DNA of 64,000 bases from a bacterium. GTDB taxonomy: Bacteria > UBA8248 > JACPRG01 > G963555815. This document shows positions 18,362-27,107 of this stretch, piece after piece (within the stretch, counting starts at the first letter, position 1; each line of letters starts with the position of its first letter). Under the pieces are notes generated by a model. It searched no databases, was not told the origin of the DNA, and was given only the letters and a program-made list of their open reading frames with translations. The position numbers and the translations under genes were made by a program. The stretch spans positions 1,152,001-1,216,000 of the forward strand of contig OZ244653.1 of the NCBI GenBank assembly GCA_965218795.1, read 5' to 3'.

Positions 18362-19951
18362 ATGCGATCTCGAACATGCCTGACCGCCATCGCAGCCGGA
18401 ACCGTGGTCTTATTGAGCTCGGCTGATCTCTCGGCCCAACCGCCCGCGAAGAAGAAGAGATGGGGACCGCCGCCGGTTTCGGTCGTATTGAGTCCGGTCG
18501 TCGAGAGAAAGATTCGTAGTCAGATTACGTCGATCGGCACCGTCGAGGCCCAGCTTGCAACCACAGTCAGCGCTGAAATCCAGGGGCTGACGGAGGAATT
18601 CAAGCTCCAAGAGGGGAACCGCGTAGAAAAGGGCAAGACCGTTCTCGTGCGGCTGAAAAACTCGGGAATGAGGATCGATCTGGCGGAAGCCCGGGCGGCC
18701 TATCGCCGGGCATCGGCGCAACTGAAGAAAGTCCGGAGAGGAAAACGTCAGGAGGAAATCGAAGAGGTTCGCGCCCAGTTGAAAGAGCGAAAGGCGCTGA
18801 TGCAGAAGTATGAACGCGACCTGGAAAGGGCTTCGGAGCTGTTGCGGAGCAAGATCATCAATCTCTCGGAATACAACCGGACCGAGAGCGACTTCCTGGC
18901 GGCCAAGTATCAGGTGCAGCGGCTCGATCAATCGCTTCTGCTCGCCGAAATGGGAGAGCGCCGCGAGGACATCGAGGCGCAGGTAGCCGAAGTTCAACGC
19001 CAGAAGGCCAACCTGGACCGAATGAAGGACGAGCTTGAAAAATCCATCATTCGAGCGCCGATCTCAGGATTCATCACCCAAAAGCACGTGGAAGTCGGGC
19101 AATGGATTCAGCGCGGGGGCCAGGTCGCTGAAATCGTCAACATCGACACAGTTCTCGTCAGGACGGGCATCCGGGAAAAAGACATCCGCCACGTCACGGT
19201 CGGCGATTCGGCTGTCATCACCGTAGATGCCTATCCGGGCAAAACGTTTCATGGGAAAGTCCGGGATATCATCCCGCAGGCTGACGTTGCCAGCCGCTCC
19301 TTCCCCGTCAAGATTGAGATCAAGAATCCGGAGTTCCTGTTAAAGGGGGGCATGTTTGCCCGGGTCACGCTCTTCTACGGGCCGAGACGCCGCGCGCGGA
19401 TGGTCCCGAAGGACGCCCTGAGCCAATTGGGATTGCGCGCGCATGTCTTCACCGTCGATAAAGGAAGCTCCCGGCTCGTTCCGGTCAAGACTGGAAGGAC
19501 GGTCGGGAGTTACGTGGAAATCGTTGAAGGGAAGCTGTCCAAGGAGGACCGGGTGATCGTGACCGGGAATGAGACCCTTCGGAATCGCGCAACGGTCATG
19601 GTGCGCGCAATCCGCACGCCGGATGGGAAGGTGATTGCCGTCAAGGCGCGCGGACCCGGCGCTCCCGGAGGCGGCTGGAGCGGAAAGCCCGGAGGCCCCA
19701 AGGGCGGGTGGAGCGGGAAACGCGAGGGTCAAAAATGGGGTGGAAAGCCCGATGGCGCGCCCGGCGCCTCGGGGCAGAAAAAGGACGGAGACAACTCCGC
19801 TCAGTGGCGCAATCGACAGGCCGAAAAAGAGGGGGCCGGCCCTGCACCGGCCAAATCCCAATGGGAAAAGAAAGGAAATCGGGATCCCTCCGAGAAAGGC
19901 GGAACTGGCGGCAAAAAAGGCCCATGGGGGCCTCCCTCCTCGAACCAATAA
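18362..19951 (+). CDS. RND efflux periplasmic adaptor (MFP) with long low-complexity C-terminal tail
   Basis: GTVEA, long coiled coil, IRAPISGFI, VDAYPGKTFHGKV, LKGGMFARV. Confidence 0.92.
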   Translation: MRSRTCLTAIAAGTVVLLSSADLSAQPPAKKKRWGPPPVSVVLSPVVERKIRSQITSIGTVEAQLATTVSAEIQGLTEEFKLQEGNRVEKGKTVLVRLKNSGMRIDLAEARAAYRRASAQLKKVRRGKRQEEIEEVRAQLKERKALMQKYERDLERASELLRSKIINLSEYNRTESDFLAAKYQVQRLDQSLLLAEMGERREDIEAQVAEVQRQKANLDRMKDELEKSIIRAPISGFITQKHVEVGQWIQRGGQVAEIVNIDTVLVRTGIREKDIRHVTVGDSAVITVDAYPGKTFHGKVRDIIPQADVASRSFPVKIEIKNPEFLLKGGMFARVTLFYGPRRRARMVPKDALSQLGLRAHVFTVDKGSSRLVPVKTGRTVGSYVEIVEGKLSKEDRVIVTGNETLRNRATVMVRAIRTPDGKVIAVKARGPGAPGGGWSGKPGGPKGGWSGKREGQKWGGKPDGAPGASGQKKDGDNSAQWRNRQAEKEGAGPAPAKSQWEKKGNRDPSEKGGTGGKKGPWGPPSSNQ

Positions 19952-19972
19952 CACCCTTCTCAGTGCCCGACC

Positions 19973-22900
19973 ATGAAGCTGATTGATTCCTGCATTCGAT
20001 ACCCGGTTTCCGTGCTGGTCGGAGTGATCCTCCTCATTCTCTTCGGGTTCATCGCCATGTTCTGGATTCCGGTGCAGATGATCCCCACGGTGGACCGGCC
20101 CGAGATCTCCGTGGAAACGGATTACCGGGGCGCGGCTCCGGCCGAGATCGAGAGGGAGGTCACCGAACGGATTGAAGAGAAGCTGAATTCCGTCGAGGCC
20201 CTGAGCGAGATCACTTCCACCTCCATCGAAGGGAAGAGCACGGTCCGGCTGACGTTCGACTGGGGCGCCAACAAGGACATCGCGCGGCTGGACGTTTCCG
20301 AAAAGCGCGGACTGGTTCGCGACATACCGGACGACGCGGACGAATCCGTCATTCGTGCCGTCAATACCGATCAGGAACAGCCCATTGCCTGGATTGCCCT
20401 GAACCGACCGAAGCTTCCGGACGGCCGTGTCCGCGAGTTGAACGAGGTGCGGGTCGAGGCGGAAGACGTGATTAAGCCCCACCTGGAGAGGGTTCCCGGC
20501 GTGGGCGGAGTCTGGATGTTCGGCGGGCAGGAACGGGAGGTTCAGGTGCTTCTGGATACGCTCGCCCTGACCGCCCGCAATCTCACCATCGGAGACGTCC
20601 ATCGGGCCCTGCTCCGGGAAAACAGAAACGTCAAAGGCGGCAACATCAACGAGGGCAAGAGACGATACGTCGTCAGGACCCTGGGGCAGTTCAGGGATTT
20701 GAGGCAGATCGAAAATGTCATTCTCGCCCGCCAGAACGGCACGGCCGTTTATCTCCGCGACGTGGCGAACGTTGAGTTCGGGTACAAGGACCGGGATCTG
20801 GTCGTTCGCCGGAACGGCATTCCGAGCATCGGATTCGGCGTCCTCCGGAAGACGGGCGCGAATACCCTCGAAGTCATGCAGGGCCTAAAGAAGGAACTCG
20901 CACACCTGAACGAGAACGTTTACAAAGGCAGGGGGATTCAACTCTTCCAGCTTTATGACGAAACCGTCTACATCAAGGGTTCCATCGGCCTTGTCCTGCG
21001 AAACCTCATTCTTGGAGCCATCCTCGCGACGATGGTTCTGCTCCTCTACCTGAGAAATCCCTCGAGCATTTTCATTATCGGGTTCGCGATACCGATCTCG
21101 GTGATTTCGACGTTCATCTTCCTTCGTCTGTTCGACCGATCGTTGAACACGATCTCCCTTGCGGGGCTCGCCTTCGCCTCGGGTATGGTCGTGGACAACG
21201 CCATCGTTGTCCTCGAAAACATCTTCCGGCATCGTCAGATGGGAAAATCCCGCTTTGAAGCGGCGCTGGCCGGAACCAAAGAGGTCTGGGGGGCCATCCT
21301 CGCGTCCACGCTCACGACCCTGGCGGTCTTCATCCCGGTCATCCTCGTCGAAGCGGAGGCCGGACAGCTTTTCGGTGACATCGCTCTGACGATCAGCATT
21401 GCCGTAGCCCTTTCGCTGGCCGTCTCGATCACCGTCATCCCGATGCTATCCGGCCGTATCCTGCGCGTCCGTCAGGGGGAGGAGAAACCGACCCGGCGGA
21501 TGTGGGACGTCCTGACGCTCGGGTGGCTGGGACGCGGATTTTCACGGTTCGTTCTCTTCACCGTGAACTGGATCATCCAATCCCGGATCCGGAGCCTCGC
21601 GGCAATCGTCTTGATCGTCGGCGCGTCGCTGGTCGTGAGTTACATCGCCATGCCACCGATCGATTACCTCCCCAAAGGCAACCGGAACCTGATATTCGGG
21701 CTTGTGAAGATCCCGGCCGGGTTCAACGTCGATGAGAAGGAGGCCATCATCAAAACGCTGGAGAGGCGATTTATCGGCGTGCCCGAGCTTCAGCGCGTCT
21801 TTTCCGTCATCCGGTTGACCGATCCGATCTTCGTCATCATCGTCAAAGAGGAATTCGCGCAGACCCCGGCGCAGATGCGCAAGGTGGTCGCAAAGGTGCG
21901 GAGCCGCTCGTTCGGCATCCCGGGCGCTCCGTTCGTCTTTGTGACGCAATCGGCGCTGTTCCGGCGGCGGGGAGGCTTTCTGGGGGGGACCAACGTCGAG
22001 ATCAACATCAAGGGAGAACAACTGGATGGAATCCAGCGGATTGCGGACGAGATACAAGGGAATATCCGGCGGGTCCAGGGGGTGAACTTCGTCAATTCCA
22101 GTTTCACGGCGGGCAACCCGGAGCTTCAGGTGTATGTGGATCCGGAGCGGGCCTCCGATCTCGGCGTGTCGGTCACGGAACTGGGCTACGTGGTGGAGAC
22201 CCTCGTCAAAGGGACCGAAGCCGGAAGGTTCCGGGAGAGAGGGCGCGAGCTCGATATCACCTTGAAGGGCGCGCTGGACCGGAAAATTCGCACCCAGGAC
22301 ATCGAAGACATTCTGCTGTACACGCCCGGGGGACGGCCCATTCGTCTTTCCTCCATCGCCAGCGTGCAGGCGGCGGAGGGTCCGGCGAAGATCGACCATA
22401 CGGACCTGGACCGGTCCATCAAGCTCACCGTCAATCTCAGGGCGGCCGTCCCCATGGAGAAGGCCATCAATGACATCGAGCGGGTGGTGGTCGGCCCGAT
22501 TCGCGCCAGCCTCCCCCTGGGTTATTCCATCGATCTCTCCGGTCAGGCCAAGGACCTGAAGGTCACGTGGGACACGCTGAAGTGGTCGTTCCTCCTGTCT
22601 CTCATCATTGTCTACCTGCTCATGTGCTCGCTGTTCGAATCCTTCACCTATCCGTTCATCATCATGTTCAGCGTTCCATTGGCGGCGACGGGGGGGGTCC
22701 TGGGCGTCAAGCTCGCGAACACCATCGAACAATCCATCAAGATGGATGTGATCACCATGCTGGGATTCATCATCCTGTCCGGCATTGTGGTCAACAGCGC
22801 CATCCTGATCGTCCATCAATCCCTGCAGAACATGCAGGCCGGACAACACCACCGGGAAGCCGTCATGGGAAGCGTCCGGAGCCGGCTACGGCCGATATTC

Positions 22901-23194
22901 ATGACGGTCACGACCACCGTCTTCGGCATGCTGCCGGTCGTGGTCAGCACGGGCGCGGGGTCCGAGCTGTACCGCGGGCTGGGATCGGCCATCCTCGGAG
23001 GACTCATCCTTTCGACCGTCTTCACCATCTTCCTGGTCCCTGTTCTGCTCTCTCTCTGGCTGACGCTGAAGGAGGATATCCGAACGGGCTTCCGAAAAGG
23101 GCCTTCCAAGCCTGCGCCGGTCCCGGAGGAAGGCGACGCCTCGCCGGTCCACGCGCTTCGAGGGCTGAATCCGGAGGAATCCCCGGGCGCGTAA
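19973..23194 (+). CDS. RND efflux permease, AcrB/AcrD/AcrF family
   Basis: 1073 aa; GMVVDNAIVVLENI, ASTLTTLAVFIP, RLRPIFMT. Confidence 0.96.
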   Translation: MKLIDSCIRYPVSVLVGVILLILFGFIAMFWIPVQMIPTVDRPEISVETDYRGAAPAEIEREVTERIEEKLNSVEALSEITSTSIEGKSTVRLTFDWGANKDIARLDVSEKRGLVRDIPDDADESVIRAVNTDQEQPIAWIALNRPKLPDGRVRELNEVRVEAEDVIKPHLERVPGVGGVWMFGGQEREVQVLLDTLALTARNLTIGDVHRALLRENRNVKGGNINEGKRRYVVRTLGQFRDLRQIENVILARQNGTAVYLRDVANVEFGYKDRDLVVRRNGIPSIGFGVLRKTGANTLEVMQGLKKELAHLNENVYKGRGIQLFQLYDETVYIKGSIGLVLRNLILGAILATMVLLLYLRNPSSIFIIGFAIPISVISTFIFLRLFDRSLNTISLAGLAFASGMVVDNAIVVLENIFRHRQMGKSRFEAALAGTKEVWGAILASTLTTLAVFIPVILVEAEAGQLFGDIALTISIAVALSLAVSITVIPMLSGRILRVRQGEEKPTRRMWDVLTLGWLGRGFSRFVLFTVNWIIQSRIRSLAAIVLIVGASLVVSYIAMPPIDYLPKGNRNLIFGLVKIPAGFNVDEKEAIIKTLERRFIGVPELQRVFSVIRLTDPIFVIIVKEEFAQTPAQMRKVVAKVRSRSFGIPGAPFVFVTQSALFRRRGGFLGGTNVEINIKGEQLDGIQRIADEIQGNIRRVQGVNFVNSSFTAGNPELQVYVDPERASDLGVSVTELGYVVETLVKGTEAGRFRERGRELDITLKGALDRKIRTQDIEDILLYTPGGRPIRLSSIASVQAAEGPAKIDHTDLDRSIKLTVNLRAAVPMEKAINDIERVVVGPIRASLPLGYSIDLSGQAKDLKVTWDTLKWSFLLSLIIVYLLMCSLFESFTYPFIIMFSVPLAATGGVLGVKLANTIEQSIKMDVITMLGFIILSGIVVNSAILIVHQSLQNMQAGQHHREAVMGSVRSRLRPIFMTVTTTVFGMLPVVVSTGAGSELYRGLGSAILGGLILSTVFTIFLVPVLLSLWLTLKEDIRTGFRKGPSKPAPVPEEGDASPVHALRGLNPEESPGA

Positions 23195-23306
23195 CAGACT
23201 GGGGTGCCCCCAGGTCTTTTTTTTCCGCGGCGCCCGGATTGCAACGGATACCCATCGGAGGGGTTTCAGCCAATCAAAAACAATTGAGAATAGGGTCAGA
23301 ATTATC

Positions 23307-23421
23307 TGCGAACGGCCTGGAAAATCCGGGGGATTCCGGGGCGGAAACGGCCTGGAAACCGCCCATGAAAAGCCCTTGCAAGGGGGTTGAAAGGGGCCTG
23401 CATGGACCGTGTTCGATGCCG
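23307..23421 (+). repeat. Modular repeat family, modules P+Q
   Basis: 23307-23350 resembles 35831-35872; 23357-23421 resembles 33896-33960 (AACCGCC.ATGAAAAGCCCTTGCAAGGGGGTTG). Confidence 0.75.
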
Positions 23422-23500
23422 GCCACGGCCGACCAGCTTGCCGCCCAGGGTGACGCTCATCGCGGGATTATGGGGACAGCATACTTGATGATTGACTTTT

Positions 23501-23925
23501 GGATTGGTGCGCCCCCTGCCGAAACGATGCAGGGGCAGGCTCTCGGTCATTCCTGCCCCCGATAGAAGCCTTCGGGGGCAGGCTGTGCAGCAGGAATCCA
23601 GATCGTTCGTGCATGGCAAGGGTCGCACGGGTCGTGGCGCCAGGCCCCCCATCACATCACTCAGCGGGACAATCGCGGGCAGGAGACCTTTTGGCAGCGA
23701 CACGGTCCGTGGAACGCAATCAGGTACGGGCCGGGATGGTGAAGGACCCCGGGGCTTATCCCTGGAGCAGCGCAGGGGCGCATCTCTCAGGCAGGGGCAA
23801 CGATCGGGGGAAGGTCAAGCCCCTGCTGGCAAGGGTCGGGATCTGGAGGGACTTTCTTGTGGTGAGGTATCCGAGGAAGGGGTCGACAGGATACGACGTC
23901 ATGAGGGGACAGGCAGACCCTTGGT
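23501..23925 (+). mobile_element. Degraded REP-associated tyrosine transposase (RAYT/Y1) with leader
   Basis: MARVARVVAPG...HH, LLAATRSVERNQVRAGMVKDPGAYPWSSAGAHL, RIRRHEGTGRPL. HUH region deleted, catalytic Tyr position reads Ser, frameshifted. Confidence 0.8.
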
Positions 23926-23969
23926 AGGAAAGCCGATTCAATATTCGCTTAACCAACTCCCCCAAGCCT

Positions 23970-25304
23970 TCAAATCGGCGAACGATATCTGAATTCCTTG
24001 GTCTTCTGTTTAAACTCCTCCCTTACTTTCCTCAGTACCGTCGGCTGGGTGAAGAGGTCCAAGGCTGAGCATGTCAGCACCTTGGCAGCCACGTGCATCC
24101 CCTTCTCACCGATGCCCGATCCATACTGAACTGTTGAGAGCCAATGGTGCTGGGGTGTCTTGGGGGCGCGACAGCAGACCAGAAACATTCCCAAAGGTGT
24201 CATCCAGCTGACATTGCTTTGGTCGTTGGCGTAGGGTGCAACCCCCATAAACGCAGGGTCCAACGACTCTTTTAAGGAGTCCTTGAATCCGAGCTTTATT
24301 GCCAGGGCCTTGTCCTCATCGGAAAAACGAGGAGGTCCAACCAGATTCAGGTTCTGTTCAATAAGCTCGCCAAGAGCAACATTAGGCAGGCTTTGGTAGG
24401 TGCCGGTAAAGAGCTTGATCCGTACTCGGGTGCCGGTCGCCTTAGCCGCGCCGCGCGCGATTTCCTTGACCTTGACTGTAACTTCCTCGGTCTGGGTTCG
24501 ACTCGGCGTCCAGAGCCAGTACCAGGACTTCGCATAGGGGAGGATGACACCGGGGTACTTTCCCGCCTCGGGGATCACATAGTGGAACCCAGTCCCTTTT
24601 GGGACTTGGCCGCGCAGGCGGTTGACACCCTCGTTCATGAGCTCTAAAGCACCCAGGGCGCTTCGTGCCATCTCGGGGTCTATTTGGGCGTGGGCGCTTT
24701 GCCCGAAAAACTCGAATGTGAGGGAATCGAGGGCCATGCAGGAGGTGTAGTCAGCCAGGGTCGCCTCCCACGGGTGCCAGCTCAGTACGGCGTCCAGCCC
24801 GTCAAAGACCCCCGCCTTGACCATCTTCACTTTCCCGAGGAGAATTTCTTCGGCCGGAGTTCCGAACACGATGATACTGCCCTGGGCGCCGCTTTTCTTT
24901 AATACCTCCTTAACAGCGACGCCAGCCGAGGTGCTTGCGGTTCCAAACAAGTTGTGGCCACAGCCATGACCATTATCCGTCTCCTTTGGCCCTGCATTGG
25001 GGACGGCGTCGTACTCGGCAATGATTCCGATGTGGGGTCGCCCCTTACCCCAGCGGCCGACGAAGGAGGTGGGCATACCCGCTACCCCCGTCTCAACCCT
25101 AAACCCGAATTTCTCAAGTTCCTCTATCAAGACAGCCGACGAGCGGTACTCCTCTAAACCCAGTTCGGGCGTCTCCCAAATTCGCCGAGACAAGGTGTTC
25201 ATGTCGGCGGAGTATCCTTCGAGGAAATCGGCCGCCTGCCGCTTGGGGGAATTGAATGTGGCTCGGAAACCTCTTCTTGGGCTGGCTTTTTTGTTAGCGG
25301 ACAT
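23970..25304 (-). CDS. M20 amidohydrolase, AbgB-like
   Basis: PELGLEE, AEYDAV, GHGCGHN, GTPAEE, WHP, GQSAHA. Confidence 0.9.
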   Translation of the reverse strand: MSANKKASPRRGFRATFNSPKRQAADFLEGYSADMNTLSRRIWETPELGLEEYRSSAVLIEELEKFGFRVETGVAGMPTSFVGRWGKGRPHIGIIAEYDAVPNAGPKETDNGHGCGHNLFGTASTSAGVAVKEVLKKSGAQGSIIVFGTPAEEILLGKVKMVKAGVFDGLDAVLSWHPWEATLADYTSCMALDSLTFEFFGQSAHAQIDPEMARSALGALELMNEGVNRLRGQVPKGTGFHYVIPEAGKYPGVILPYAKSWYWLWTPSRTQTEEVTVKVKEIARGAAKATGTRVRIKLFTGTYQSLPNVALGELIEQNLNLVGPPRFSDEDKALAIKLGFKDSLKESLDPAFMGVAPYANDQSNVSWMTPLGMFLVCCRAPKTPQHHWLSTVQYGSGIGEKGMHVAAKVLTCSALDLFTQPTVLRKVREEFKQKTKEFRYRSPI

Positions 25305-25451
25305 GATAACTCCTCCGTGCTAACGAACCTCCTTTTGTGCCGGTCGATACTTTTGCGTCCCGATCAAGCAGTCACCGAAGCGACACTCTTCGGTCCCTCC
25401 GACCACCCCCCAAAGATTGTTACCTCTTGAGGAGGAGACCTTACAAGAGGT

Positions 25452-26543
25452 TTATTTGGGGAGGTTGCCCACGACTCCTTCGACCAGAAAATTCATGGTC
25501 AGCATGTCCTTGTCGGACATCTGTTTTCCAGCAGGGACCCGGACTTTTCCGGACTGGTCCTTGATGGGTCCAGCGAAGACGTCGAACTTACCCGAGACAA
25601 TCTCCGACTTTTTGCGTCCCACCATGTCGCGGACAGCCTGGGGTACCATCGGCCCGAATGGAGCCAAGCCCACGACGCCCTCCTTCAACCCTCCCCAGTA
25701 CTGGTAGCTTTTCCAGGTTCCCTCGTGGAACTCCTGAGCCACTTTTTTATACAGGACGCCCCACTTCAAGACAGGTGACGTCAGGAAAGCTTTGGGGGCA
25801 AATTTAGACATGTCGGTGTACTGGCCGATGCTGTACTTGCCGCGCTTCTCCGCTGCCTGCTGAATGGCGGGGGAGTCCTGGTACTGAGCAATGACGTCTG
25901 CATTGATGTCCAGTAGACTCTCGCCCGCTTCACGTTCCTTCGCCGGGTTGTACCATGTGTAGGTCCAGACGAGGTGTACTTTAGCCTGTGGATTTACTGA
26001 TTGAACACCCAACGCGAAAGCGTTGAAGATTCGGATAACTGCTGAAATGGGATGCGCCGCCACATACCCTATGACGTTTGTCTTGGTCATCTTCCCGGCA
26101 ACAATCCCCGCTAGGTAGCTAGGCTGGTACACCCGGCCCCAATAGGTACCCAGGTTGTTCGCCACCTTGAATCCCGAGCAGTGCATGAACACAGCGTTGG
26201 GATAGCGCTTCGCAACGTTCAGCATCGCGTCCATATACCCATAAGTGGTACCGAAGAGGAGGTTGTACCCCTTCCGCGCATACTGAACCATGATGCGCTC
26301 GACATCCCCTTCCTGAACGGATTCGGTGAAGGCCGTCTCCACGTACGGCAGGGCCTTTACCAATTCCCTGCGCCCCATCTCATGGGCGAACGTCCAACCG
26401 TGGTCTCCTATTGGGCCATAGTAAACAAAAGCTGCTTTTATCTTGGCCTGGGGCTTCAGGGCGTGAGCGCCAGTGACAACGAAAGAGTGGGTGAGAAAAA
26501 GGGTGAGCACGACCAAACCGAGTAGTTTCCAACGTTGGGACAT
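25452..26543 (-). CDS. BMP-family (nucleoside-type) ABC substrate-binding protein
   Basis: YGPIGDHGWTFAH, FGTTYGY, YLAGIVAG, WYNPAKE; signal peptide; GAAGGAGG RBS. Confidence 0.92.
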   Translation of the reverse strand: MSQRWKLLGLVVLTLFLTHSFVVTGAHALKPQAKIKAAFVYYGPIGDHGWTFAHEMGRRELVKALPYVETAFTESVQEGDVERIMVQYARKGYNLLFGTTYGYMDAMLNVAKRYPNAVFMHCSGFKVANNLGTYWGRVYQPSYLAGIVAGKMTKTNVIGYVAAHPISAVIRIFNAFALGVQSVNPQAKVHLVWTYTWYNPAKEREAGESLLDINADVIAQYQDSPAIQQAAEKRGKYSIGQYTDMSKFAPKAFLTSPVLKWGVLYKKVAQEFHEGTWKSYQYWGGLKEGVVGLAPFGPMVPQAVRDMVGRKKSEIVSGKFDVFAGPIKDQSGKVRVPAGKQMSDKDMLTMNFLVEGVVGNLPK

Positions 26544-26773
26544 GGTTATCCTCCTTCCATCTCGGAGTATTCTCCCAGACCCAATTCTGGTCCCGGGACT
26601 TGACCCTTCCACAGGGGTAGCATATTTCCTGAAACAGCTTAATCCGGAATTTCCCATATTACGCTGTCAGATTCGTCCCCTGCTCTTCTTTCCGGATAAA
26701 TTTCATTCAAAACCATTCCCACCGTATAGTCAACATATTCCAACCCACATGTTATCAGTCAACATGTTCCAAC

Positions 26774-26946
26774 CCAGCAGGGGCTTGATCTTCACCCGAT
26801 CGTTGCCCCTGCGTAACGTGATGGGGGAACCCTGAGACCACGACCCGTGCGACCCTTGTCATGCACGAACGCTCTGGATTCCTGCTTGCGCGGAAATGAC
26901 CGAGAGCCTGCCCCTGCATGTATTCGGCAGGGGGGCGCACCAATCC
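26774..26946 (-). mobile_element. Second RAYT remnant, inverted relative to 23501-23925
   Basis: Same leader (GGATTGGTGCGCCCC...GCAGGAATCCAGA.CGTTCGTGCATG), then MTRVARVVVSGFPHHVTQ, then a jump to the GGGCAACGATCGG...AAGCCCCTGCTGG segment of copy 1. Confidence 0.8.
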
Positions 26947-27107
26947 GACAGTCATTCATTCAGTAGGGTGTCCTCAGAAGCCTCAGGGGGAGTGATTGGA
27001 GGTCGAACGCGCACCATGAAATATCATGGCGTTCGGGCAAGCAGGATGTTCGACGCGCCCGCCTATCACTCGCAATAGTCATATTCGCTTATTGGCAAGA
27101 CTTCCCC

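Noticed and set aside
26545-26760. Purine riboswitch upstream of the BMP gene
   Set aside because: No match by eye to the conserved TATAAT...ATATGG...GTTTCTACC core.
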